A DNA stretch of 64,000 nt from an uncultured bacterium (lineage in GTDB: Bacteria; Krumholzibacteriota; Krumholzibacteriia; LZORAL124-64-63), in assembly GCA_963732385.1 (NCBI GenBank), contig CAVSZB010000007.1, positions 736,001-800,000 on the forward strand, given 5' to 3'. The translations under genes were made by a program, and so were the position numbers. Below are positions 28,004 to 39,252 of the stretch, in pieces; the stretch's first letter is position 1; the number at the start of each line of letters is the position of its first letter. Below the pieces are notes generated by a model. That model did not search any database and was not told the origin of the DNA. It worked only from the letters and a program-made list of their open reading frames with translations.

Positions 28004-28788
28004 CCCATTCTCCGCCTGGCACGCCACCGATACGCCCAATAGACGCTCAGCCAAGGCTGCCCCCATGTCGCCGAATCAACGTTGCCGGGATCTATCGGCT
28101 GAGCCGTGCCTGCGTGAATTTCCTGCAACCGCTCGCGCAGCCTGTCCAGATTAGCAAAGACAACGCGCTGCTGGATCCTGAAGGGCGACTCAACGCGCTC
28201 ATCATAGTCATACGAATAGTAACCATAGATTGGCCCCGTATCTATACCCGAATCGACCCGCAAAAGTGTCATGCCTACATGCGCGCGATCGCCGCGTGCC
28301 AGCGCCCAAAAGCATCCATGGGCATTCCGATACTGAGGGCAAATACCAGGATGGAAAACATACGATCCGTAACGCGGCAAGGAGAAGATTCTTGGCGCCA
28401 GCAACTGTTTGCACCGCAGAATCAAGATGTCCGGCGAGCAGCCGCGGATAAATTCTTCGGCTACGCTGCTGTTGATATTCGCGCATCGTAAAATCGGCAC
28501 GTCGGCCGGCGCTGCCGCAAAACGTCTTTTCAGCCGCTCAAGCTCGCTAGCCACCCACATGCGATCGCGTTTTGCAAATAGCAGCCGTTCCCACAGCCGA
28601 TAGGCTAGCACATCGGCCATCCGGAGCAATCCGATGCGTCGCACTTCTCGCATAATCCGCTTCCAGCGCCGCCCACTACCCTCTTCGAGAATAACCACAC
28701 CGCTAAGCTCCGAGAACGACGCCAGCCACCGCGATAGACCGACCTCATTGAGCGGTGTGTTAGAATGGCAGACGAGAAGTGACTTCAT
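28000..28788 (-). CDS. Formyltransferase-family protein
   Basis: PDILIL, FHPGICPQYRNAHGCFWAL, GMTLLRVDSGIDTG. Confidence 0.85.
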   Translation of the reverse strand: MKSLLVCHSNTPLNEVGLSRWLASFSELSGVVILEEGSGRRWKRIMREVRRIGLLRMADVLAYRLWERLLFAKRDRMWVASELERLKRRFAAAPADVPILRCANINSSVAEEFIRGCSPDILILRCKQLLAPRIFSLPRYGSYVFHPGICPQYRNAHGCFWALARGDRAHVGMTLLRVDSGIDTGPIYGYYSYDYDERVESPFRIQQRVVFANLDRLRERLQEIHAGTAQPIDPGNVDSATWGQPWLSVYWAYRWRARRRMG

Positions 28789-30060
28789 CACATGCAGCCC
28801 CAATGGCTGCGCTTGCCGCCCCTGCAAGAAACAGCCCGATAGTCCGCAATATGAGCTTTAACCAATTCGACCAACCGCGCCGCATTGCGCCGGCTGTCGA
28901 AGTCGGCCATGACACGCTGCCTCGCCCGGCTGCCAATCTCCTCAGAATTTATCCTGCCTGTAAGCACCGACTCCATGGCAGTCGCCAACGCGCCCGCATC
29001 CCCCTCGGCGACAAGAATGCCCGATATATTCGCCGTAACGTAATTCCGGCATCCCAGATATCGGAGTGGTAATCACTAATGTCTCCATGGCCATGGCCTC
29101 CATAAGAGAGACAGGAATTCCGTCGCGGTCTCCATCGGCAGCATGAACGCACGGAAGCACGAACGCTGAGGCCGCGCCAAGCAGTGAACGCACCTGCGCC
29201 GGAGGCCGGGGGCCAATAAGCCGCAAGCGCCCTTCCAGATGCCGACTCTCTATGAAGGCTTCCAGTTCTGCACGCTGTGGCCCCTCGCCAACAATCACAC
29301 ATTCAGCACGAATGCCCTTATCCGAAAGCATACCGATGGCTTCTGCCAGTATTAGAAATCCCTTCTTCGGCACCAAGCGACCAATTGCAATGAATGGGCC
29401 TCCGCCAGCTCCAGACGGCACAAACTCCTCAGTGTCGACACCGCAATGCACTACTGTCACCTTTGCTGCACATATATCAGATAGCTGGTCCTGGTAGTAT
29501 TCGTGATTGCGCCGAGATATCGTCAGCACAAACTCACTAGCGGATGTCAATGTCTCAAGACTGTCACGGTCACGCTGATAGAGATCGAAGGCATGAGATG
29601 TGTAGCTAAATCCGACACCGACAAGAGCAGCCACAAAACGTGCAGCCGCAGCCGGGATATTGGCGAAATGCGCATGTACATGTTCCGCGCCCCACGCGTC
29701 TGCATCGCCCGCAATCCCGCAGAGCATAGGTATAATGCTGATCCCCTTAATGCGCGATCGCATGCCACGCGGACAACTGCCCAAATATCCGCGAACTGCC
29801 GCTCCGAAATCCACTGGCCGCGCACAAGCGACGCGCAACATAGCCCATACATTGCCCATTGCATATCCGCGCCCGAAACGAAGCACTTTCTGCGACACGC
29901 CCCCATCATCCAAGTTGTCGATCACCCAAGCTGTATCCTGCGGCCCGCGTAGGGGATAGACGCGGATATCTATTCCCGCAGCAATATGCGCCTGCAACTC
30001 CACTTTAATAAACGTTTCAGTAAGAACTGGGTAACGGGACAGAACATACGCAAGCTTCAT
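28788..30060 (-). pseudogene. GT4 glycosyltransferase (WcaL-like) with one frameshift near the 3' end
   Basis: RYPVLTETF, HVHAHF, GRLVPKKG, DRDGIPVSLMEAMA; removing 1 nt at ~29040 gives 'GMPELVTANISGILVAEGDAGALATAM', ending at the stop that overlaps the next start. Confidence 0.85.
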
Positions 30061-31184
30061 CGCACGGCCCTCGACATTGTCGCTTCAATGCGCTGCAAAA
30101 TATTCCGTGCATTGTCCTCCCACGAGTGAGACCCGGCTGAACGCCTCCCTGCCTCGCCGATCCGATCACGCGTCTCTCGCGATACGGCAAGACTCAGACA
30201 TGCATCCGCCAGCGCAGACACATCGCCGGGCGGCACAAGCACTCCGTTTTCCCCGTGCCGCAGAATATCCGCGATCTGACCAATGCGCGAAGCCACAATG
30301 GCTCGTCCGCTTGCCAAGTACTCGAAAAGCTTCAGAGGCGAAAAGTAGAAGGGATCAATCGCAGGATATGGCGCAAGCAACACATCCATGCGCCCCAAGA
30401 ATTCCGGCACCTCTTGAGGCGTAAGTGAGCCACGCCACAGAATGCGCTCTCCCCAGCCTCCATCCCGAAGATATTTCCGAAGCCATTGCTCCCGAGGTCC
30501 TGCGCCAGCAATCTCCAAGCACACGCACTCATTTTGAGCCAGAACACGCTCGAACGCCTGCAAAAGAATGTCCAAGCCGTGCCAGACCTGCAGCGAGCCA
30601 AGAAAGCCAAAGCGTATCTTGCCATCAGCCGGTCTCCGCGCGACAGTAAAGCGGGCGAGATCGACGCCGTTTGGCACCACAACCACCCGTTCGCCATCCG
30701 TGCCTTGCGCGACAAGAATAGATTTCAATTGCTCGGACACCACGAATATTGCCCGCGCGTCCCGCCTATTCCGCGCTTCAATACTTTTTCCGATCGCAGT
30801 CAACCGGCCCCCATGATATTGGACGTGTTCCTCCGGGAAAGGCGCGTTAACTTCATAATACAGTGGCACATCCAAGTAAGCTGCGACATCCCGCCCGTAT
30901 CTCATGAAGGGCGCTCCTCGAAAATAGACCACATCCGGCCTCCATTCGCAGGCGGCGGCCACAGCCACCCTCGAGTATGACCGATTGCGCGTTACGTATA
31001 CCAAGTCTTTCAGGATCTGCGGCACATTCAACCGAACGTGCCGCCCACTCACATGAATCGACTCAACCGCCTGTCCCACCACACGCACGCTCGCACCCAG
31101 ACTATTCGCAGCGCGGCAGAACTCACCCAGGTGTACGTTAGCACCCGACCCCCTGGATATGGAGTGAAGCACCATGATTCTCAT
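30057..31184 (-). CDS. GT4 glycosyltransferase
   Basis: YEVNAP, VVPNGVD, FLGSLQVWHGLD, FYFSPLKLFEYLASG. Confidence 0.92.
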   Translation of the reverse strand: MRIMVLHSISRGSGANVHLGEFCRAANSLGASVRVVGQAVESIHVSGRHVRLNVPQILKDLVYVTRNRSYSRVAVAAACEWRPDVVYFRGAPFMRYGRDVAAYLDVPLYYEVNAPFPEEHVQYHGGRLTAIGKSIEARNRRDARAIFVVSEQLKSILVAQGTDGERVVVVPNGVDLARFTVARRPADGKIRFGFLGSLQVWHGLDILLQAFERVLAQNECVCLEIAGAGPREQWLRKYLRDGGWGERILWRGSLTPQEVPEFLGRMDVLLAPYPAIDPFYFSPLKLFEYLASGRAIVASRIGQIADILRHGENGVLVPPGDVSALADACLSLAVSRETRDRIGEAGRRSAGSHSWEDNARNILQRIEATMSRAVR

Positions 31185-32850
31185 GACTGCAGTTCCAAAG
31201 TGAACGCAATCGCATCGCTTGGGCCACGCGCATCAACATAAACAGGGCGCACCAAACCACCGGGCCCGCGGAATATTTCGCCATACCGCAGACCCTCATT
31301 CAACCCCTCGGTAAAGACAAGACGGGCAAGAGGGCGATCGTCCACTCCGGTTATCGTGTAAACAGTCCCATCCGAATGGTACAGCCTGCAGGAGTCAGGA
31401 AGGGCCCAGTTGAATATTCGCCGGACACAAAAGTCTCCGGAAGCTACCAGGCTATCGCGAAACGCCAGAGTGCCCGAACCGACATCAATCTGTCGAACAA
31501 TGCGACATTGGCTCTTTGCGATTGAAATTCCCAGGCGCGATCCCACTAGCGTCATCCGCCCGGATGCGAAATGAGGTAGCGAGGCGCCGTTATTCCAAAC
31601 AGCAAGCGGCGAAAAGACGTTTTCCAAAAGCCGATCGGAGCCATATCGGCTGCCGTAACGGCTGCGGTGCGGACCACCGGGCGCCGAGAACACGTACCAC
31701 GCCGCCCGCCCAGATGGCACAATGTAACACCAGTATCCGCGAGATATGTCGGCTCTCCTGCAGCTATCGCCAATGTCCAATCACCTCGATGCGCAATGTA
31801 CATCCCGGAGTCTTCAAAATATCGCTCATTGGATACGTGAGGTGAACCGATCGGGCTGTCCGTCCCACGCACGTGTTGTGCGTGACTTACGGCGAGGGCA
31901 CGCCATGCAAGGTCGAATGCGTTGTACACAACAAGATAATGATAATCGTAGTGCGCACCCATGCGCTTTCCCTGTGGATCCGTTCGCACGAGAGCCAGCA
32001 ATCCGTCATCGCGAACAGGCCACGGCTGCATGTCAAGCCGACGCAGGCAGTCCCCGTACAGCGCTGCGTCCTGCGGCTTGTCGCTCCACGCACACAACAC
32101 CTCCAATACGTATCGCACAGGACCCTCGAAGAATAATTGGTACTGTCCCCGCCCACGATAATTAGCGTTGCCAGCAGAATCAATATGATGGATTAGGTAA
32201 TTAACTCCCCGCAATATGCGAGTCCGCACATCGTCAGTCATAGTGCCTTGGATTATTCCGCGGCATAACATCAGCGCCAATACATAAGCGTGGTATTGAA
32301 TGGGTCGGCTGCGATTTGCATACTCGTCTATGCCCCCATCAGACCGGAATACCTTTCTCATTCGAAACGCGTCAAGTGTCCTCCGTGGTCGGTTTCTTCT
32401 TACTTTCAGCATACTCCTCAGCGCGTCATCAGTCGCCCGCATTGCCATCCAGTTAGCAGCCCACGTTGTGTTCTCACGATTAAGAGAACGGAAGCCAGCG
32501 CCATTCAGCATTCCAGTTAATGATGGCTCGCGCGCCATACCGGCGGTCATAAGCAATGCAAGATTGTTAAAGTCCCAATGAATAGTATTCACATCGTACA
32601 CCGCGAAGCCACCAGCATACTGCCGCTCCGCCAGGGTCATCATCTCGTCCCGATGCCGAATATATTTAGCATTACCAGTTAGATCTCCCAAAATCTGAGC
32701 CGCGAGCACAAGATGACTCAGTGCGTAGTGCTGGTTGGGAAACGCTTCAGCCTCTGGATCCCATATTCCGGCAAATTCGTAGCACGGGCCGTCACATGCG
32801 GCGGGAGGTCGCCAGTATGCGCGCAGGGCCTCATAGCGTGCGCTAAGCAT
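31181..32850 (-). pseudogene. Hypothetical protein (helical N-domain plus beta-rich C-domain, lyase/heparinase-like layout), probably one gene split by a frameshift near 31695
   Basis: Two ORFs overlap by 229 nt and join plausibly at 'CHLGG...VFSAPGGP'; the joined gene is coupled to both neighbours; QYHAY and YRGRGQ motifs. Confidence 0.6.
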
Positions 32851-34115
32851 CGGCGTCACCAATGCAATGGCCGGTCTTCGAGCGCTGCATATGGTCGCGC
32901 AGCAGCAAGCCCAGCACGATGGCCTGAGCACATAAAATCCACGTCCCGAAATACACCCAGTGATTGCTAAAGAACGAGATAAACAGGCACCACCCCATCA
33001 CTGCATACAACGGCGCTAGCCACACGCGTCTCCGTCGTACAATCTCCGCATAGATCCATGCGCAGAATGCCCCGAGCAGGAGCGGCAGGCACAGTACACC
33101 CGCCGCGCCATAGTCCGCAAAAAACTGCCGAAGGTATGTATGCGTGTTTCCGTAAAGTGGGGCATAATAGAAGTTGCCATGATGGGATTCGATCTCCCGA
33201 GACCCGTTTTAGACGCATCCATATATATCGCATCGGCCGGGCTGTCTGCTCACCATCGGTGTTGTGCTCAAGATCATGGTAGTATTCAGTGAAATTTCCG
33301 TAACCTGACGTCATATAATGGTACGGGTTCCCCAATGGTGCGAGCATTTGTGGCAAATGGATGTGGCCGTCGCGCACATAAAAACGGTGGTCGCCAAAGT
33401 AGTACGGTGACGTTATGCGGGTATATCCGATAAAGAACAGCAACATCCCAATACAAGCTCCGACGAGATACTTCATCCGTATGCGATCTTCGAACAGCGT
33501 TGCCACGATCGACGCCATGACCACAGCCTTAACAATAGCCTGCTTTTGATTGGCCAGCACAAGCGCAATCATGGCCGCACCGCCAAGGACCAGGGCAAAG
33601 GCGTCAACCCGGCGTCCGGATGCGCGATGACGCAGGACCAGAAGGCACGGCACCAAAGCATTGATCTGGTAAATTACGCCCCAGCCCAACAGCGTAAATT
33701 CCTCGCGCACTGCGAGCGGAGCGATGAGAAAACCAATCAGACCGCGGTTCGCGATGACCGATCGAACCTCAACGGCAGCAGCCACGACTCCTATGCAACA
33801 GGCCCCAAGTGCCACGCGCCCAAGCACGCATGTCGGCAAGGCGGTTGCGACGCACTGGCCCCGCAATGGGGCCCAAAATCTACTGATGCCCAATGTGAAA
33901 AGGAAATATCCGGTCGCGAACGCCAACAGACTTCCATAGAAAAACAAAATCATCGTTGCACTGGCCGGCTCGTAGTCGATGAGGTTCAGGTGCCGGAGGG
34001 CGAGCGTGCCGAGCCAACTCGTGGCGAAAATCGCAAGCGGAGAGAACCTGCGACCGGTCAACATCCGATCGAGTCCGACTATGAGCATCCAGAGCAGTAC
34101 GTCGGCTAGCCACAT
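32843..34115 (-). pseudogene. wzy: Wzy O-antigen/oligosaccharide repeat polymerase with one frameshift at ~33175-33210
   Basis: Many TM helices; the shifted frame reads 'GNTHTYLRQFFADYGAAG...FISFFSN', a typical Wzy loop motif, and ends overlapping the next start. Confidence 0.75.
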
Positions 34116-35122
34116 TAGAACAAACGGCCTTTCCGCACGACCCGCTTTACGAACCCCCCCAGCCTGCGGGCATCAGAGATATTTCTGGCGCAGTGCACAA
34201 GGTGTCCGAGTTCCTCGACATTCGCCCCTATTGCCTGGATCTTCAGACCTGTGCCAATGAGAAATTTCTGTGCGCTGGAAATTTCCGCAAATGCCGGCAG
34301 GCGAGGACGCAGGGTCTCGCCAACATTGTCCGCTTCCGTAAACTCCGAGCGGTCGAGCCGCTGCGCGAGACACCGCAGATGCCCCACGTTCCGAGGCGCA
34401 ATGCCCATAAGGCGTGACATCTCCGCATCTGTCGCCAGCGCATCATTGCCCAATAAGGTAATACCTAGGTCGCGCGCCACTCCATGGACGGGACCATTCC
34501 CCTCCATGGCCGGTCGGCCATCGAGAACCGCAAGATCCGGCGGTTTTGCTTGAAAGATATCAGCCAATACCACATCGAGGTAGGGATGATAGCGCTGCTT
34601 TTCCGCCGTCGGCAGCAAACCAAAACAATTCTTGAGCGCGCCGGTGACGCGAGTAAGATTATGCGTCTTGATCTTGGAGAAGCTGACGAAGACATCGGCC
34701 TCAACCACTGTTTGTGCTAGTGGTATCTGCTTGAAGAATTCGCCCTCACAAGGCACAAGAACCGTTCGATCCCGCGAGAAGTCCAGGAGTTCGAAGTCGT
34801 TGGCCATTGCGGCACTGTCCAGACCCTGAAAAACAAACTTGTCGTGAGCAAAACCATGGCCAATGCTGTCGCTGTCACCCACGATAATTCTTGCAGAAAC
34901 AGCCACCGTTCTGAGTGAAGCGACAAATTCGACCACAGCTGCCGTGGCCACGCAGACGCCCCCGTCAGCTGAGTAGCGATGCGCAGCGCAGAGATTCAAT
35001 TTCACGACGATAGTCCGCGCTGTGCTCAACTTGCGATCAACCTGCAGAGCCCGATAGAGGGCGGCTCCCGCCACGCCATCCGGTGCTCCTCCTTGCACAT
35101 AGGCGATGCGCGGTGGTTTCAT
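34115..35122 (-). CDS. DUF362 domain protein
   Basis: VVKLNL, VGDSD, SKIKTH...TGALKNCFG, VLDG..AMEGNGPVHG, DALATD. Confidence 0.85.
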   Translation of the reverse strand: MKPPRIAYVQGGAPDGVAGAALYRALQVDRKLSTARTIVVKLNLCAAHRYSADGGVCVATAAVVEFVASLRTVAVSARIIVGDSDSIGHGFAHDKFVFQGLDSAAMANDFELLDFSRDRTVLVPCEGEFFKQIPLAQTVVEADVFVSFSKIKTHNLTRVTGALKNCFGLLPTAEKQRYHPYLDVVLADIFQAKPPDLAVLDGRPAMEGNGPVHGVARDLGITLLGNDALATDAEMSRLMGIAPRNVGHLRCLAQRLDRSEFTEADNVGETLRPRLPAFAEISSAQKFLIGTGLKIQAIGANVEELGHLVHCARNISDARRLGGFVKRVVRKGRLF

Positions 35123-36636
35123 GCGTCGAACTCCTCGCGGGCGAGTAAGTAGTAGGCCGCCCCGTAGTTGAACGCCGTCGCGATGTTCCGCACCGTCGCG
35201 ATGGCTCCCTCCTGATTTTGACTCACGATGCCCCCAGATGCCGACGATCCCGTTACCATGATCTGCCGAGCCTCGCACCAGCGCAGGGCCGCGTCCACCG
35301 AACTCCGGATATCAGAATCGAGATCTGGCAGCAACCGACGAGCGCGATTCAGGTGCAGGGCCAGCGCCGGCGTACCCTTATTGCACGCGCCGCTTGCAGG
35401 CCGATCGATGAGGTAGTTCCACGAGCCGTCAGGACGTTGATCACGGAGAATGGCCTCGACGAGCGCACGAACCCGCGGCAAAAGCCAATCGCTGCCCTCT
35501 GTGAGCAACGGCAACCAACCCTCGAGAACCCACGCCATCCCGCGAGCGAAGATCGTCCGTGTATGTCGACCATTCGCCCTCCATATCTTGCGATAGTACG
35601 GGCCACGAGTACCGAATCTTTCCACGATGTCGCGGGCAAGTCGATCTGCCGCTTCTAGCCAGCCACGATCCCCCCGTCGTCTGTACATCTCGACGAGGAA
35701 GGCAGGTGTCCAAGCGGCATCGAGATAAAGCCACGAGTCATCCCATCTTTGCCGCTGATCGTCCCATCCAACCCGCAGGCGGCCCTCTGAGATCCCTTCG
35801 TTGACGATCCACCGCGCGACATGCTCAGCCTGATCCAGATAACCAGCGTCACCCGTCATTTCGGCAGCCGTGAGCAGTCCATGGAGCCCGATGAAGGCGC
35901 AGTCGTTCGGGGCGTGCCAAGGGACAACGCCTGCGTCCAGCCGGCGATCAGGATCCCAGCGGACCATATAAGATCCAGCCTGAGCACCAGTCTGACGCTG
36001 ACGGGACCGCAGGCCCCGCTCGAGGCGGCCAAGCTCAAGATTCAAAACTCCGCGCAGGCTCAGTCTGGCCAGAGCCTCGTAGGTAATCGCTGTCGTCCAG
36101 TACCAAGACCAGAGACGCGCGGAGTTGGCCTCAACATCAAAGGCCGTCAGCGAAACGATTATGTCGCTCCCCGGCACCGCAGTCAGGCTGTTGATCAAAA
36201 ATCGCGCCGCGCCATCTATGCCCGGATGACCGCTCGAGACAACGCCCGCCGGGTGGCTTCCCCAGCCAAGACGAAGACCAGACCCGGAAGAATTCGCGCT
36301 TACCAACACCGCGTTTGCGTGCCAACTCACGGGTAGCGATACAATGTTCTCGCCGGGAACCACCGCCTCCGCAGGCGCGAACTCGAACCAGACGATTTCT
36401 CCCTCGTGCGACGCCCCAGCTAGTTTGACTGGGATTCTATTGACGTGCGCCGTGCCCTCGCGCGGCCGGCCACCGACAAGTCCCAGCCGAACGCCATGCG
36501 CAGGCCAGGTCGAGAACGCACAAACGGGGTAGAAGAGATCCCGACTTTGCGTGCCCACCAGATGAATCCGCGTCCACCGCTTCAGACACTCAGGAAGACG
36601 ACGCACAGAATCATGGGGTTGCTGGCCATTATTCAT
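35119..36636 (-). CDS. Hypothetical protein with an (alpha/alpha)6-barrel-like C-terminal region (GH88/GH105/AGE-like)
   Basis: Repeated 'TGDAGYLDQAEHVARW', 'GDRGWLEAADRLA', 'FARGMAWVLEG', 'QRPDGSW' helical-hairpin motifs. Confidence 0.6.
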   Translation of the reverse strand: MNNGQQPHDSVRRLPECLKRWTRIHLVGTQSRDLFYPVCAFSTWPAHGVRLGLVGGRPREGTAHVNRIPVKLAGASHEGEIVWFEFAPAEAVVPGENIVSLPVSWHANAVLVSANSSGSGLRLGWGSHPAGVVSSGHPGIDGAARFLINSLTAVPGSDIIVSLTAFDVEANSARLWSWYWTTAITYEALARLSLRGVLNLELGRLERGLRSRQRQTGAQAGSYMVRWDPDRRLDAGVVPWHAPNDCAFIGLHGLLTAAEMTGDAGYLDQAEHVARWIVNEGISEGRLRVGWDDQRQRWDDSWLYLDAAWTPAFLVEMYRRRGDRGWLEAADRLARDIVERFGTRGPYYRKIWRANGRHTRTIFARGMAWVLEGWLPLLTEGSDWLLPRVRALVEAILRDQRPDGSWNYLIDRPASGACNKGTPALALHLNRARRLLPDLDSDIRSSVDAALRWCEARQIMVTGSSASGGIVSQNQEGAIATVRNIATAFNYGAAYYLLAREEFDA

Positions 36637-36644
36637 CACCTCTC

Positions 36645-38105
36645 TCACCACACCAGCGATCCTGCCAAATCGTCTCGTCGCCGCCACGCCACGGCCAGCA
36701 GGGTCAGGCTGAACACCGTCTGCGCCATCCAGAAAGCCGCGGCAGACAACTGGCCACGATGGTCTCCATAAGCCACGGCCAACCAGACAACACCGCCCAA
36801 GCCATTGAGAGCCAAGTCACGGCTTCTCGGCCGAAGTCCTGTCCACCTGGCCAACGCATGGCAGAGGTACGTCGTCGTCAATGCAAATCCAACGAAACTG
36901 GCGAGGATAGCGCCGGTGATACCCAGATACGGTATCAGGAGAACGTTCAGCGCGAGGTTTGCTACAAAGCCGATGGCCAGCGCATTTCGCGTTTCTACGG
37001 TTCGCCCCAACACGACCACCAGAAACAACGACGCCGGAATGCTAACGACGCGCATCATCAGGACGAGCAGGAGCAATTGAAACGGCCAGACGCTTGCCAC
37101 GTAGGCACTGCCATAGAACAACGGTATCAGGATGCGGCCCAGCAAGCCCGCGACCACAACGAAACCCCAGCTGGCCACACTGAAGAGCACAAAAAGCTGC
37201 TCGTGGATACGCTCGATAACTGCGCTGTCGCGGCGACACACCTCGGCCAAGTGGCTGAAAAAGATCTGCTCAGGGACAGAAAATACCATGCGCCCAGCCG
37301 TACTCAGGTTCACCGCTATGTAGAAGAGGGCCAGCTCTTCGCGCGAGCGCATTGTCCCCAGCAGAATGCGGTCGGTCCAGGTCATGGCGAGAAACAGCAC
37401 CCCATTAAGCAATAGCGGAATCCCGAATGCGAACAATCGCCGCACATTAACTGGATCATCGGTCTCCGGCTCGACTCGCCCTCGAGTCTCACGATGAAAA
37501 CTCACGAGAGCCACTGCACTCCACGCCGCCAACACTAAGTAAAGCAGAACGAGTCCGCGAAGTAGCTCGGACAGGGATCCGTCGCCGAACCAGAAACACA
37601 ACAAATACACCCAGAGCAGCCCCGCACCCTCCAGGCAGAGCAACCACCCCTCCCGCGTCCAACGTCGTCGCCCTCTCTCGATGGCAGGCAACAAGAGAAA
37701 AACTGAACGGAGTCCGATCCACATGCCCAGCAATACCAGCGTCGAGAAACCCAGGTTCATGCGGAATAGAGCACGCTTTAGCAGCGGCCAAAGCACAGCC
37801 AGCATCACGAGAGTCGCGACCGTCGTCAACAGACGAGCGGCCCATGCCTTGCGAGCCACGTCGAAGCGGGAGCGCTCGCCCGAAGTTGCAGCGATGAATC
37901 GGGTTGCCGCCAATCCTGAGCCTCCGTCGGCGAACATGCACCCCATCTGCACGACCGACAGAAGCAATACGAACAGGCCAAGATCAGCTTGGGAAAAGCC
38001 ACGGGCGAGAACCACGGAGGACACCATGCCAATCACCGCCACGGCAATGGTGCTGGCGGTCTTAACGCCACCTTCGCGCATGAGTCGCCAGCGGCCTGCG
38101 ACCAT
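36645..38105 (-). CDS. wzx: Wzx flippase (polysaccharide transporter)
   Basis: About 12-14 TMs, 'WTDRILLG', 'LFYGSAY', 'NLALNVLLIPYLGITGAILAS'. Confidence 0.88.
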   Translation of the reverse strand: MVAGRWRLMREGGVKTASTIAVAVIGMVSSVVLARGFSQADLGLFVLLLSVVQMGCMFADGGSGLAATRFIAATSGERSRFDVARKAWAARLLTTVATLVMLAVLWPLLKRALFRMNLGFSTLVLLGMWIGLRSVFLLLPAIERGRRRWTREGWLLCLEGAGLLWVYLLCFWFGDGSLSELLRGLVLLYLVLAAWSAVALVSFHRETRGRVEPETDDPVNVRRLFAFGIPLLLNGVLFLAMTWTDRILLGTMRSREELALFYIAVNLSTAGRMVFSVPEQIFFSHLAEVCRRDSAVIERIHEQLFVLFSVASWGFVVVAGLLGRILIPLFYGSAYVASVWPFQLLLLVLMMRVVSIPASLFLVVVLGRTVETRNALAIGFVANLALNVLLIPYLGITGAILASFVGFALTTTYLCHALARWTGLRPRSRDLALNGLGGVVWLAVAYGDHRGQLSAAAFWMAQTVFSLTLLAVAWRRRDDLAGSLVW

Positions 38106-38107
38106 CG

Positions 38108-39088
38108 TCACTGATCTCCCGGGTGCATAACCGTAGTAGCGAATCCATGGCGCACGGCTTCGCGGCTCTCCCAGATCATGGCTAGGACTAGCCCCAAGGC
38201 CGTTGCGAGCACGAACGTCACCACCACGATGAGGCGCTTGCGCGGCGATTGACATTCGACGGGGGGAACTGCTCGATCCAGAACACTGATCACCGGCACA
38301 TCGCGAACCTCGTCGATCTTGGCGACCTCCAACTCCTTGGTGAGGGTGAGATATAGCTCCTCGCTCACACGCACCCGACGTTCGAGACGCTCGGCTTCGA
38401 GCTTGAGCTGGGGTGAACCCTGGATCTGCCTGTTCTCCTCATGGAATTGCAGCAATGCCTCTTCGAGCGTCTGCAATTCCTCGGCGACCTTGATCCTCCG
38501 GGAATCGATGAATTCCCGCCTCGCGCGGGCATTGCTACGGTTGATCTCCTGATTGACACGATCCAGTTCGGCGACCATCGCATTCGCCACCTGGGCTGCG
38601 ACCTCGGGATCCGAGTCGTAAACGACTATTTTGATCGCGTTGTTCTTCGGGTTGAGGATGGTTCGCGAGCGCCTCACCAGAAAAGCGCGTGTCGCATTTT
38701 CGATCTTCGCTTCCTGCGAATCCGACTTCATATCAAAGCGGTCCAAATAGCGCTGCGACCGTCCGGCGCGATCGACCACCGACATCTCGAGAATCGTCCT
38801 CGCCATCGCCCGGCTTTGCAGGATCTCTGGATAGACTCGCGAGGGATCTTCCCCTGACCCACCGATTCCAAACTGTCCCACCAGGCCGGACAGTTCTCCC
38901 AACGCAGCATTCAGTCCGAGCTGGCTCACATTCGGAATAAGCAAAGTGCTCGCGCGATAAATAGGAGTCACGAGGAACGAAACGACGCCAGCAATAACCG
39001 ACGCCGAGACGACGAAAGAAATCATGAATTTCCGCTGGCGCCAAACGGTGCCCAGGAGGTATCCACATAGCGTCAACAACGTGTCCAT
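38108..39088 (-). CDS. wzz: Wzz/GumC-type chain-length determinant (no kinase domain)
   Basis: N-terminal TM plus 'TPIYRAST', coiled coil, 'VLDRAVPP...SPRKRLI' plus C-terminal TM. Confidence 0.88.
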   Translation of the reverse strand: MDTLLTLCGYLLGTVWRQRKFMISFVVSASVIAGVVSFLVTPIYRASTLLIPNVSQLGLNAALGELSGLVGQFGIGGSGEDPSRVYPEILQSRAMARTILEMSVVDRAGRSQRYLDRFDMKSDSQEAKIENATRAFLVRRSRTILNPKNNAIKIVVYDSDPEVAAQVANAMVAELDRVNQEINRSNARARREFIDSRRIKVAEELQTLEEALLQFHEENRQIQGSPQLKLEAERLERRVRVSEELYLTLTKELEVAKIDEVRDVPVISVLDRAVPPVECQSPRKRLIVVVTFVLATALGLVLAMIWESREAVRHGFATTVMHPGDQ

Positions 39089-39252
39089 CCTTCGCTACCA
39101 ACACCCTTCCAAGAGTTTCCAGATTCTTCGCGACGTTATCGATCCCACGACCCGCGCTCGATGCATCGGCACCAGACCCGGTCGTTTCCGTGCCATCCGC
39201 GCGAAACGGCTCCGCGCCCAGTAAGCATGAAATATCGGTCGCCCGGAGCGGG

